A stretch of 63,273 nucleotides of DNA from a virus (Duplodnaviria; Caudoviricetes). Location of the stretch: positions 1-63,273 of IMG/VR virus record IMGVR_UViG_3300008625_000012; one strand, written 5' to 3'. The stretch's first letter is position 1; every line of letters begins with the position of its first letter. Shown one piece after another: positions 27,371-37,900 of the stretch. A program made the position numbers and the translations under genes. The notes beneath the pieces are model-generated. The model did not search any database and was not told the origin of the DNA. It saw only the letters and a program-made list of their open reading frames with translations.

Positions 27371-29259
27371 TGCCTCTAGTTAAGCTCAGATTTGCCCCCG
27401 GCGTCGATAAGGAGGGCACCAGCTATACGCCGCCAATCTCTAACGCGCAGCAGTCGGGGGCGTCTGCTGGTGCGTGGTATGACACCGACAAAGTGAGGTT
27501 CAGGATGGGTGTGCCTGAGAAGATCGGTGGTTGGGTCAGGCGAACCACATCCGCGTTCATAGGCAACTGTCGCGCCCTGCTGCCTTGGACATCTCTGTCT
27601 GGTTTGGAGTACGTTGGCATCGGGACGCAGAAAAAGCTGTATATTGAAGAGGGCGGCATCCCACAGGACGTTACCCCCATCAGGGCCTCCTCGACCATCA
27701 ACAACAATCCTTTTGCTGTCACCAGTGGGTCACCGACTGTGACCGTCACGGATACTTCTCATGGCTCTGTTGAGGGGGACTACGTGACGTATTCCGGGGC
27801 CACGGCCACGGGCGGCATCACTGCGGCCCAGTTGAACACAGAGCATGTGATCGTCACTGTTACTGACGGCAACACCTACACCTTCACCGCAGCAGCAAAT
27901 GCCTCATCGTCTACGTCTGGGGGCGGAGCGTCTGTGACAGCGGAATACCAGATTAACGTCGGTCTGGATAATGCTGTGGGTGGCGCGGGTTGGGGCGCTG
28001 ATACGTGGGGCAGTGACACATGGGGAACGTCAGCGTCAGTGACCGTGACAACCATTCTCAGGACGTGGTCGTTTTCAACGTTTGGCGAAGACCTGATAGC
28101 CTGTATCTATGACGGTGGTATTTTCCAGTGGGACACGTCGGCTGGAACCGGCACCCGCGCTGTAAATCTCACGTCACTATCTGGGGCGGCTGACGTTCCA
28201 ACAGTTTGCCGACGAATAGTGGTGGCAGCAGAGAGCAGGCATCTTCTGGCACTGGGATGTGACCCCACTGGAGGAGGTGGCGTCCAAGACACGCTTCTTA
28301 TCAGGTGGCCCGACGCTGAGACGCTGACCGACTGGACCCCAGACACAGAAAACTCGGCAGGGTCGCTGCGTCTCAGTACTGGCTCAGAAATAGTCACTGG
28401 GCTTGCCACCAAGCGCGATACGCTGGTGTGGACTGACATCAGCCTCAACAGCGTCACATATGTTGGCCCGCCGTTCTTCTTTGGCACACGCCTGCTGGCG
28501 ACCAACATCAGCATCATGGGGCCAAACGCCGCTATTCAGGCAGATGACATCGTCTACTGGATGGGCTGGGAGCAGTTTTATATCTACGACGGCAGCGTCA
28601 AGACCCTTCCCTGCACGTTGCGGGCGCATGTGTTTGATAACATCAACCGCGAACAGGTGCAGAAGATCGTCGTTGGTATCAACCGTGGCGACAGCGAGGT
28701 AATCTGGTTCTACCCCACCACCACTGACGAGGTGGACAGTTACGTGGTCTATAATTATTCCCAACAGATTTGGTATCACGGCACGATGGTCCGCACAGCG
28801 TGGTATGACAGAACGTTCACTGAGTATCCTATTGCGGCATACACAGACGGGTATCTGTATCACCATGAGCTTGGTTGCGACGACGGCTCAACCACGCCGT
28901 TTAGCGCCATCAACGCTCATGCCGAAAGCACGGAGTTTGAATTATTCCCCGGAGATGGCTATCAGTTTGGCTTCGTGAGGCGGCTAATCCCAGATGTTAC
29001 GTTTGAAGGCTCTGATGGAGACACCCCGACAGTATCAATCACGGTCACGCCAAAGGACTTCCCCGGATTTTCTGATGGCACGGGAGATGCCAGTTCAATA
29101 GCCCGCTCCGCAAGCACGCCAGTGGAACTCTACACCAAGCAGGCCCATATCAGGCTGCGCGGCAGGTCGGTTAGATATAGAATTGAAAGCACAACCACCG
29201 GAACATTCTGGCGTGAGGGCACGCCACGGCTTGAGGTAAGGGCGGACGGTAGACGATGA
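27370..29259 (+). CDS. tail nozzle/packaged-DNA stabilization protein (P22 gp10-like)
   Basis: W.D.DKVRFR.G.PEKIGGW, LIRW.D.E, beta-propeller-like composition, RLRGR, DGRR end. Confidence 0.75.
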   Translation: MPLVKLRFAPGVDKEGTSYTPPISNAQQSGASAGAWYDTDKVRFRMGVPEKIGGWVRRTTSAFIGNCRALLPWTSLSGLEYVGIGTQKKLYIEEGGIPQDVTPIRASSTINNNPFAVTSGSPTVTVTDTSHGSVEGDYVTYSGATATGGITAAQLNTEHVIVTVTDGNTYTFTAAANASSSTSGGGASVTAEYQINVGLDNAVGGAGWGADTWGSDTWGTSASVTVTTILRTWSFSTFGEDLIACIYDGGIFQWDTSAGTGTRAVNLTSLSGAADVPTVCRRIVVAAESRHLLALGCDPTGGGGVQDTLLIRWPDAETLTDWTPDTENSAGSLRLSTGSEIVTGLATKRDTLVWTDISLNSVTYVGPPFFFGTRLLATNISIMGPNAAIQADDIVYWMGWEQFYIYDGSVKTLPCTLRAHVFDNINREQVQKIVVGINRGDSEVIWFYPTTTDEVDSYVVYNYSQQIWYHGTMVRTAWYDRTFTEYPIAAYTDGYLYHHELGCDDGSTTPFSAINAHAESTEFELFPGDGYQFGFVRRLIPDVTFEGSDGDTPTVSITVTPKDFPGFSDGTGDASSIARSASTPVELYTKQAHIRLRGRSVRYRIESTTTGTFWREGTPRLEVRADGRR

Positions 29260-29567
29260 GCCATTCTTCAGTGTCCCATGTCGCTATCCCACGCCTTCCC
29301 CGCCCCACTCAGGGGAGGACAGACCAGCAATATGTTGACCAGTTGGTGGAGGCTTTAGAGGTGGCATTGGACGTAATCAACACTCAGCAGCGACGTTCTT
29401 TTGCCGAAATTAGCCTTTCAGACCTTCAGGGGCATGGTGCCAATTTAAGGATTGGCGATGTGTTTGAAGATGGTGGTATATTAAAGGTTGTCCGAGCAGG
29501 AGAGGCTTACGCTGCCAGCTTCATAGGCACAACGGCAATCGGCACCGTAACAGTACTAACGCCGTAG
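29256..29567 (+). CDS. small tail protein
   Basis: ATGA coupling; RLP.P..Y..QL; ends IGTVTV. Confidence 0.6.
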   Translation: MSHSSVSHVAIPRLPRPTQGRTDQQYVDQLVEALEVALDVINTQQRRSFAEISLSDLQGHGANLRIGDVFEDGGILKVVRAGEAYAASFIGTTAIGTVTVLTP

Positions 29568-29576
29568 GGGTTTACA

Positions 29577-30872
29577 ATGACTGACATGAAAGCCGCAGTA
29601 GAGAAAGTTAAGGGCGCTGGACGTTACGGGGACAGCGTCCTCATGCACGTCAATCCTATTGAAGTGGAGATGCTGCACAACGCATCTCCCACCGGCCTCA
29701 CGATCAATCCTGAAACAGGACAGCCCGAAGCATTCCTACCCATACTGGGCGCTCTCGCCGGTGGTTTTTTTGGCCCGTCGATGTTTGGCGCTGGTACAGC
29801 CCTTGGCCTTTCGTCGCTTGGCGCTACAGCCCTTGGCGCTGGTCTTGGCTCGTTCGGTGGGCATCTAGCCCAAGGCGATAGCTTTGGTCGGTCCCTCTTG
29901 GGCGGTGTGACGAGCGGTGCCTTGAGTTATGGTGTTGGGTCGCTGTTTAATGGGATGTCTGATGCAGCAGCAAGCGCCATTTCCCCAACCAACGCAGGAA
30001 CACTAGCAAACACAGGAAATGTGGCGGGGGCCGGGGCCAGCCCAGCATTTGGAGGCACAGGCGGCATAGCCAACTATGCGGGTTCTCCTCTCGCGCTACA
30101 AGAAGCAGCGAGTAGTATCTCCGTCCCCGGAGGAAGCCTTCCAACCGGGTCGATTGGCGCTCCTGCTGCTGCGTCCAACGTTATTCCTAATACGGCTAAT
30201 TTATCGTCCTCTATCCAGCCCGGAGCGCCAACATTCTCCAGCAAGCTAGACGCCATTCAGCAGGCGGCGGCACTGCCAGACAGTGGCTATGGCGATCTTC
30301 TTAGTAAGGGTTTTGCAAGGACAGACGGCCTTGGTAAGGCTGCGCTTCTTACTGGCGGTGTGGGCACTCTCGCTGGTGGCCTCAACCAACAGCCGCAGTT
30401 TGGACAGCCGCAAATCCCGCAGCCCGATGAGGAGCCGTGGATTGATGAGCAGTTCCCAACGCTACGCACGCGGAATACCCCACCGGCAGGGTTTAGGCCC
30501 GGTTTTGACCCAGAGTTTGCCAACTTCGCACCCATCGCCCGCCCCCGCAATGCGGCCCAAGGCGGGCTTGTGAGAAGGGGTTACGCCAGAGGCGGCGCAG
30601 TTGTCCCCGCCACCCCAATCTCATCTATAGACCCCCTCGCTGGCGGTCAGGGCGTCGCAGACGCAGCGGCACTTGCACAACAGCCCGGTGCGCCGGGGCC
30701 GCTGGACCGCGCCACCGCAGGTCTCCAGCAGGCGCAGACACAACAGCCGTTCGCTGGCACTATTGGCGCGGCAATACCGGGCGGGCCTCTTGGGCAGCGG
30801 TTGTTCCAAGGCAACGGTCTCCCCTCCCCACAACGGCCAGAAGACGCTGGCATCATTCAGGGGTTCAACTGA
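29577..30872 (+). CDS. internal virion/ejection protein
   Basis: GRYGDSVLMHVNP.EV..L...TINPETG.PEAF then a G/A-rich hydrophobic region. Confidence 0.7.
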   Translation: MTDMKAAVEKVKGAGRYGDSVLMHVNPIEVEMLHNASPTGLTINPETGQPEAFLPILGALAGGFFGPSMFGAGTALGLSSLGATALGAGLGSFGGHLAQGDSFGRSLLGGVTSGALSYGVGSLFNGMSDAAASAISPTNAGTLANTGNVAGAGASPAFGGTGGIANYAGSPLALQEAASSISVPGGSLPTGSIGAPAAASNVIPNTANLSSSIQPGAPTFSSKLDAIQQAAALPDSGYGDLLSKGFARTDGLGKAALLTGGVGTLAGGLNQQPQFGQPQIPQPDEEPWIDEQFPTLRTRNTPPAGFRPGFDPEFANFAPIARPRNAAQGGLVRRGYARGGAVVPATPISSIDPLAGGQGVADAAALAQQPGAPGPLDRATAGLQQAQTQQPFAGTIGAAIPGGPLGQRLFQGNGLPSPQRPEDAGIIQGFN

Positions 30873-31372
30873 TGACACCAGAACAGCAACTAGCCATCCA
30901 GTCCCAAGCGGCCCAGCGTAGTCCGCAGCGGCAGCAGCCGTTAGCGCGAGACCCAATCGTAGCTGGCGCTATCGCTGCCATCGCGGGTACCCATCCGCAG
31001 CCGCAGCAGGCCATACAGGCGTTTATTCAGGTCTACGGTCAGCAGGCGTTCGCCCAGCTTCGTCAGGAGATCATTGCAGTGTCGTCTCTCACCCAAAGAG
31101 GCTCTTCCGGCGTAGGGAGCCTTGTGCAAGGCCCCGGCGACGGACTGAGTGACAATGTGCCAGCCAACATTGAAGGCCAAGAGCCTGTGGCTCTGTCAGA
31201 TGGCGAGGTGATTGTGCCTGCGGATGTAGTTAGTGGTCTTGGAAACGGCTCTTCTGAAGCAGGGGCGCAGGAACTGGAGAGGATGGGAGAGGGCGTCAGA
31301 AAGCAGCGCACCGGCACCAAGAACCAGCCCGGACCTATCAACGCTGAAGCTGCCCTGTCGAGGCTTGGATGA
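30872..31372 (+). CDS. internal virion protein
   Basis: GPGDGLSDNVPA...LSDGE..VPADVVSGLGNGSSEAGA. Confidence 0.7.
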   Translation: MTPEQQLAIQSQAAQRSPQRQQPLARDPIVAGAIAAIAGTHPQPQQAIQAFIQVYGQQAFAQLRQEIIAVSSLTQRGSSGVGSLVQGPGDGLSDNVPANIEGQEPVALSDGEVIVPADVVSGLGNGSSEAGAQELERMGEGVRKQRTGTKNQPGPINAEAALSRLG

Positions 31373-31818
31373 CCTACACCGTAGCTCGTATCCCCAACGA
31401 AGTGTTGGATATGGTGGACGAAGACGCCAGACGACTTTTGGTGCCTGCCTTGGAAAGATCAGAGGCTCGCTTCAAGATTGACGATGTCATGGCTGGCCTG
31501 TTCGGCGGGCAGTTTACGCTCTGGTTTGCCTTCGATGACAAAAACACCCCTGTTGGCGCGGTGGTCACGTCTATTGAGCAGTACCCACAGAGGAAGATGG
31601 TCAATCTTCTGTATTGCGGCGGCGACGACCTTGAGGGCTGGCACGAAGAAATGCTGGACACGCTGGAAAAACATATGTGGGAAAACGATTGTCGTGGGTT
31701 GGAAGTTGTTGGCCGCTATGGCTGGCAGAGGTTCCTCAAGAAACACGGCTGGGAAGCGCGCTATGTGGTGTGTGAGAAAATATTTGATGAGAAAGAGGAG
31801 GCACAGGATGTGGCCTAA
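31369..31818 (+). CDS. GNAT-like (acetyltransferase-fold) protein
   Basis: GA.VT.I..YP, CGG, C..LE..GR.GW.R; usual position before podovirus ejection proteins. Confidence 0.6.
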   Translation: MTYTVARIPNEVLDMVDEDARRLLVPALERSEARFKIDDVMAGLFGGQFTLWFAFDDKNTPVGAVVTSIEQYPQRKMVNLLYCGGDDLEGWHEEMLDTLEKHMWENDCRGLEVVGRYGWQRFLKKHGWEARYVVCEKIFDEKEEAQDVA

Positions 31819-31820
31819 AC

Positions 31821-32828
31821 ATGGGTAAGGGCGGCGGCAGCGGCGGCGGACAAGCGCCAGCGCCACCCCCGTCGACATCAACGGTAAATCAGTCTAATCT
31901 GCCTGATTACGCCAAGCCCTTCTTCACACGCCTCATGGAGCGCGGCGAGGAAGAAAGCAACGCGCCTTACATCCCGTATGAGGGGCAGCGGCTTGCTGAC
32001 TTCAGTTCAGACACACAGGCTGGGTTTCAGGACATCCGCGACATCGCCTCATCGGGTGTCCCAGCGGCCTTCACTAATGCTGAAACTGCCTTAACTGGCA
32101 TTGCTGGACAAGACCCGCTGGCGCAGCAGGCGCAGTTTGCCGACACCGGAAATTTCACCGACGCTGGTGTGGCTGCAAGCTACATGAACCCCTACACACA
32201 AAACGTGCTGGACACGCAACAGGCGCGTCTCCAGCAGCGGTTCAACGAGCAACAGCTTGGCCGTGAGGCGCAGGCTGTGCAGGCCGGGGCGTTCTCAAAC
32301 GACAGGCGCAACGTTCAAGAGGGCATCGCCCAGCGTGAGTTCGATATCCAGCAGAACGAAATCGAACAGCGGGCATTGCAGGCAGCATATGAAAGCGGTG
32401 CCAACATCTTCAATGCTGACCGCGCAGCAGACATTCAGAACAGGGCCTTAAACACAGAGGTGTTTGCTGGCAACCAGCAGCGCGGCATCGAATATGATCG
32501 CAATGCACTGGCCGCAGCAGAGCAGCTTCGGGCGCAGGGCCTTGCAAGCGATGAGTTGTCCTTCGGACGGGCTAAAAGTCTGGCTGGTGTCGGTGGTGCG
32601 TTTGACGACCAGACGCAGCAGTCACTGGACATTGGTTACACGGACTTCATCAACCAGCGTGATTTCCCACGCAACCAGTTAAATTATTACGGCGGTATCC
32701 TGCATGGTGTGCCGATTTCGCCACAACAGGAAACAACCACGTTCCAAGCTCCCCCGTCACAACTGAGCCAGCTTCTTGGCCTTGGTGTTGGTGGGCTTGG
32801 GTTGGCGCAGGCATTATCAGCGGGCTAG
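31821..32828 (+). CDS. DNA ejection protein
   Basis: MGKGGGSG start, YMNPYTQNV, AGAF, Q-rich helices, hydrophobic G-rich C-terminus. Confidence 0.7.
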   Translation: MGKGGGSGGGQAPAPPPSTSTVNQSNLPDYAKPFFTRLMERGEEESNAPYIPYEGQRLADFSSDTQAGFQDIRDIASSGVPAAFTNAETALTGIAGQDPLAQQAQFADTGNFTDAGVAASYMNPYTQNVLDTQQARLQQRFNEQQLGREAQAVQAGAFSNDRRNVQEGIAQREFDIQQNEIEQRALQAAYESGANIFNADRAADIQNRALNTEVFAGNQQRGIEYDRNALAAAEQLRAQGLASDELSFGRAKSLAGVGGAFDDQTQQSLDIGYTDFINQRDFPRNQLNYYGGILHGVPISPQQETTTFQAPPSQLSQLLGLGVGGLGLAQALSAG

Positions 32829-32832
32829 GCTT

Positions 32833-34929
32833 ATGAGTATTGTTCAGCAAGCAGAGACACTCAAAGACGTAAGTGACAAGCGCATCCAGCAGGAGATGCA
32901 GCAGCCCACCGGGCAGTTTCCGCTGTATCTGGTCACATCTGAGGCCAAGCGCCGTGCTGATCTGCGTCAACGGTTCAAGGCTGAAAAAGCAGAAGCCCCC
33001 CAGACCACCGTGCAAGAAGAATTAATGGCTAAACTGGCCCAGCAGACCCAGACCCCCGGACTTCCGCAGGGCGCTGGGGCGCAGGGTCTTGGCTCCGTGC
33101 AGCCGCCACAGCAGCACCCGCAGCAAGCACCTCCGCGCATCCCCCCACAGGCTGCCCCGTCTCTGCCGCCGTCTCAGAACCCCCGTGGCTTCGCTCAGGG
33201 CGGCATGGTGCGTGGATACGCCGGTGGCGGCAATATCCGCACCCAGAACACCCCCGCAGCCAGTTTCCAGCACGGCCTACAGAACCAGTTTTCATTCTTC
33301 GGCCCCCGTGGTCCAAACATCATTGAGCGCGGAGAGGGTCAGCCGATCAGCGGCAGTGGTCAGGTAAGCGGCATTATGTCTGCATTTCAGCAGCAATCCC
33401 CGCTTGTCTATCGGTTGCTTGGCGATCAGATACAGGCCCAGTTGACGGCGTCTCCTGAATTTGGCGCACAGCCTCCACTGGCCGCATCAGCGCCGCCCAT
33501 TGCGCGGCAGGTCACCGCTGCCCCCACTGGCTTCAGGCCCGGTTTCCAGTCAGAGTTCAGTCATTTCCGTGGCGAAGACCCCAAGAACAAGGCTGCTCAG
33601 GGCGGGATGGTGAGGGGGTTTCAGGGGGGTGATATTATTACGCCGAAGAATGAAAACTGGTTCTGGTCGCCATACGACCCATTCTTTAAGCACCCAACCA
33701 CCGCCTTAACACCGCCGGACGTGGGTAAAAACCGTTCTTTTATGGAACGATACGGTGAATTGCCGTCCAAGCTGTCCGCCCTATTTGACGCTCCTCGTTC
33801 AAAGCCACAAACTCAGCAGCAAGTTGACAAACTTCCGGGGTCGCGTGATGCCACTAACGCGCCTAGCAACGACACGCCATATCTTACTGTGCCATACAGC
33901 TCCCCGTGGCCCGTAGGTCTGGACGAATTTAGCAATCCAATTGATGTGGATGGGCAGGGTTTTTATGCTGGAACCTCTGATTACAAGGAGCGCACCGCCG
34001 CCGTAGCTCCTGACGATCTTGAATACATCGACCCAAGACCAGTGCCGGAAATCCTAGACACGGATAGCTTTGAGAGCCTCCATAAGTCCCGCGCCGATGA
34101 ACTGGCCCAAGAGCGCGGCGACCCGTATGCCAAGTTTGCTGACATCATGGCTGCGCGGGCAGAGAGTGTTGGGGACGATGCTACGAAGAACAAGTGGATG
34201 GCGCTTGCTGAAGCCGGGTTCGCCATCGCCGCTGGTGAAAGCCAGTATGCAATGACCAATATAGGAAAGGGTGCCGGGGTGGGCGTCAAGGCGCTTAAAG
34301 AAAGCAATGCCGCAATTCAGGCGAGGAAAGACAAAAACCTTGCTCTTAATATGCAGCTTTCCGCAGCACAGCAGTCTCACAAGAGCGAGATGGACAGGCT
34401 TGCCACTGCCCACGCTAACGGTGAAATCAGCACCCAGCAATACAATGCCGGTCTGGCGCTTAAGAGAAACGAAGCTGAAAACACTCGTATTCGCATACTC
34501 AACCAGAACCGGGCCGCAAAACGTAGCTCTGAGTTTGAGCAGTACAAACTTAATGTTGCCCGCGAAGAGAAGGCTCTCGACAGGCAGGAACTGGAACTCA
34601 ACCGCCAGAGCGCGGAGAGGATTGCCGATATAGGGGCTTCGGTTAAGGCGAAGAAAACCGCCCTCATAGCATGGTCCGCTGCCCTCAAGAAAGCAGACGC
34701 AGATCGTGACCCAACAACCGGCCTGTATGATGCTGAGAGCCTGAACATGATTAGGGCCAATTATATTGACGCCGGTGGTAGTCAGCTATTCCTTCCCTCG
34801 CTTATGGAGTTGCTGGAGGGGCCTGACAGGGTCACCGCCGGTGCCAGAATGGGCATTGAACTTCCAAAGGGAGCGGATGGCGCTTACCAGTATGGTAACA
34901 AACCGTATAGGCCCGCAAAGCCACAATAA
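32833..34929 (+). CDS. DNA ejection protein
   Basis: Q/P-rich N-terminus, repeated AQGGMVRG, AL.EAGFAI, coiled coil. Confidence 0.7.
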   Translation: MSIVQQAETLKDVSDKRIQQEMQQPTGQFPLYLVTSEAKRRADLRQRFKAEKAEAPQTTVQEELMAKLAQQTQTPGLPQGAGAQGLGSVQPPQQHPQQAPPRIPPQAAPSLPPSQNPRGFAQGGMVRGYAGGGNIRTQNTPAASFQHGLQNQFSFFGPRGPNIIERGEGQPISGSGQVSGIMSAFQQQSPLVYRLLGDQIQAQLTASPEFGAQPPLAASAPPIARQVTAAPTGFRPGFQSEFSHFRGEDPKNKAAQGGMVRGFQGGDIITPKNENWFWSPYDPFFKHPTTALTPPDVGKNRSFMERYGELPSKLSALFDAPRSKPQTQQQVDKLPGSRDATNAPSNDTPYLTVPYSSPWPVGLDEFSNPIDVDGQGFYAGTSDYKERTAAVAPDDLEYIDPRPVPEILDTDSFESLHKSRADELAQERGDPYAKFADIMAARAESVGDDATKNKWMALAEAGFAIAAGESQYAMTNIGKGAGVGVKALKESNAAIQARKDKNLALNMQLSAAQQSHKSEMDRLATAHANGEISTQQYNAGLALKRNEAENTRIRILNQNRAAKRSSEFEQYKLNVAREEKALDRQELELNRQSAERIADIGASVKAKKTALIAWSAALKKADADRDPTTGLYDAESLNMIRANYIDAGGSQLFLPSLMELLEGPDRVTAGARMGIELPKGADGAYQYGNKPYRPAKPQ

Positions 34930-34947
34930 GCCCACAGGAGCCTAGCC

Positions 34948-37900
34948 GTGCAGCGGTATGAAATAGACGGTGTGGGCCTTATGGACTTCCCCGACGAAAT
35001 GTCGGAAGAAGACATCGCGGCCACCATTGAAACAGAAATTCTCCCAAGCGCCGACCTTGAAAACCCCGACCCTGAGATGGTCGCGCTGCGGCCTGACCTA
35101 TTTCCAGACATCAACCGTGGGTCACTCTTCGGCGGCATCGGCAGCGGTGCGGAGCGCCTAAGTAGGGTTCCTGAAAACATCGGCGCAGCCGTAGGCCGGG
35201 ACGAAGAAGACCTCTTCTCTCTCAAAGACCAGATGGCTGCGGACGATCAAGATCATATATATCGGGCCAATCTTGACGACGCTGTGGGGCAGTTCCAACG
35301 TGGTGATTACACCGGCTCTGCCAGCACGTTCTTTCTGGACATCATCCCGCAGACGCTGGGCGAGAGCCTACCTGATTTAGGCATCATGGCCTCTGGTGCT
35401 TTCGCTGGCGCTAAGGCTGGTGCCGTGTTCGGCGCTCCCGGCGCAGCTATCGGCGCAGCCGTAGGCGGCATCCTTGCTGGAACACCGTCGTTTGTCGGCC
35501 AGCATGTTGAGCGGCAGGTCAGGGAAGGAAATATCACCGACCCGGAGGACATCGACACTGCCAGTGCTGTGGGCACTGGTGTTGTCTCTGCCGCCCTTGA
35601 ATACGCCATATTCCCAATCCTTGCCCGCACCCCCGGCATCAGGGCGTTAAAGCCAGAGACCATCTCTGCGATGCTCAAGAGAGGGGCCAATCTTCTTTCC
35701 ACCAAGGAGGGGGCAAAAATACTTGGAAAAGCCTCTCTTATCGGTGGGGCGACAGAAACGGTCACTGAAACAGGCCAACAGGTTCTTGAGAGAGCGCAGG
35801 CTGGCCTGACCATTGACCCTGAAGACGAGCAGGCGCTTGGTGAATACATAGAAAGTGCGGTTCTTGGCGGTGCCTTGGGCATGATCTTCGGTGCCGGTGC
35901 TGGCACTTTTGGTGTTGCAAGGACACGTAAGGCTGGACACGCCTTCAACGAGATGGCCGAAGAACAAAGAATAGAGCTAGAGGCTGCGGCGGCGGAGGCG
36001 GAGCGCAGGAGAGCCATCGGCCTTGGGATTATCCCAAACCAAGAAATCTTATCCTTGACTGCCCGCCCAGAGCTTATGCCAGACACAGACCTGATGCCTG
36101 TGGAGGACGGTGACCGCGACCTGAATATGTCGGAGGCTGTTGAGGGTGGTGTTAACAGGACTGAGGCCCAATTCAAAAGAGACGCCGACCAACGCCTTAT
36201 TGACGAGGCGATGGACCCCAAGAACGAAAATCAAACGCCAGAACAGGCCAATGCAGCAAGCCTGTTTAAGGCGGCACGCGAGAGCCTACATGGGATGCGC
36301 TTCACTCCAGCGGAACTGGAGACGGCAGGGGCATCCAATATTGCTCAGGCAGTAGCTGATATGGAGGCCGGTCAAGGCAACCTCACCGTCGAGCAGGACG
36401 GTTTCACCATCGAAGAACTGGAGGAGCAGGGCCGTGTCCGTGGAGTGGACCCTGAAGTGCTGTCTGGTGAGCTACAGGCGCTGCGTCAGCTTCGTCGCCC
36501 TGAGACAGAGCGTGTCAATAATGTCACAGAGCCTGAGATCATCGAACTAGCCAAAGAGAAGAACGTCCTCACCGGCACCAAGTCTTTTGATGCGCTGGTG
36601 AAATACGTCACTGGCGCAGACAGGCTCTCCAAGGCATCGCCGTTCCGTCTGGCTCTTATGAGGGACACCCTTCGGCGGGTCGCGCCGTTTGAGACCCTAG
36701 ACAACCTCCTTGATGTTAGGGAAGAGAACTACACCCACGAAGATTTCAACAGGGCAGTTCAGATCGTTCTCAACAACAAGCAGGGTAAGGGAAAGACACC
36801 CAAGTTTAATAGGGCAGAACTGAAGCGCAATTTCCCAGACCTCAATATGAAGGACATCGCGCAGATACGTGAAGAGATGATACGTATCGGCCTTGTGAGA
36901 CAATCTGACGGTAGGGTGACGCATGAACTGATGCGGCCAGAGTTTATTCCACCGACCACGCCGGTCAAAGGTCCGACGCCTATCATCGAAGAGGGCCGTG
37001 AGGTTGATTACGAGGTAAGAGGCTCAGACGGTAAGCATGTGGTTGTCGCAAAAGAGCGCACCCCTGACCCCACCAAGACTGGAAAGATACAGGAAACGCA
37101 CATCCCGTTTGAGGAGGTCATCAGCATCCATGATGATGCCGATGGCGCTGAACTGGCGGCGCATAAATACCGCAACGGCCTGTCGTCTGTTAATCCAGAT
37201 GGGACGTATGCCAAACGTGAAGACGACGCTGGCCTGACTGATGTTGATCTTCGCTCTACCACGCCAACCGAAAAAGAAGTGCGGCAGTACAAAGCGTGGA
37301 AGGACCGCACCGGCAGGGCTGGGGTCCGCCTGACAAGTCAGCAGGTCAAGAACATCACGGAGGCCCTTAACAACAACAAGACGCAGCAGCTTCTGGCCGC
37401 TGTTGGAATTAATGCAGAGGTCGTTCAAGACCTTTCAAGGTTCCTGACGCAAGAAGAAAAGGACGCTGATGTCAGGTCGCCAGAGGGTGCGTGGGACAGC
37501 AACAACGAGGTCATACTGCTGGCAATCGACACTGCCATTGATGGTCTTGGGAACAGCATAACAGAAGAGGCGCTTGAGCAGGCCGCCATGGAAAACCTAG
37601 CGCGGGTTTTGTCTCATGAGCAAATCCACGCCCTCCGTGAAAAGAAAATCATCTCAGAAGATGACTTTAGGGTGCTTAAAAGATACGTGGAGAAAACTCG
37701 CCGCCCGCCTGAGTTATCAGCCCACCTTGGATGGACGCCGGGTGTTCTTCCAAACATGACCTACCTTGAAGAGGCGAGGATTGTTTATGCCGGTGAAGTA
37801 GCCAAGAACGTAACTAGGCTTAAGGCCAGAGGTAAATCAAGGGCGGAAATAAAAAGATACAACGAGGACTTTCTCAGGGAAGAGGCGGTTGCTGAAGCGT

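Noticed and set aside
35307-36221. 304-aa and other long antisense ORFs within the portal and giant genes
   Set aside because: Typical shadow ORFs of GC-rich coding sequence
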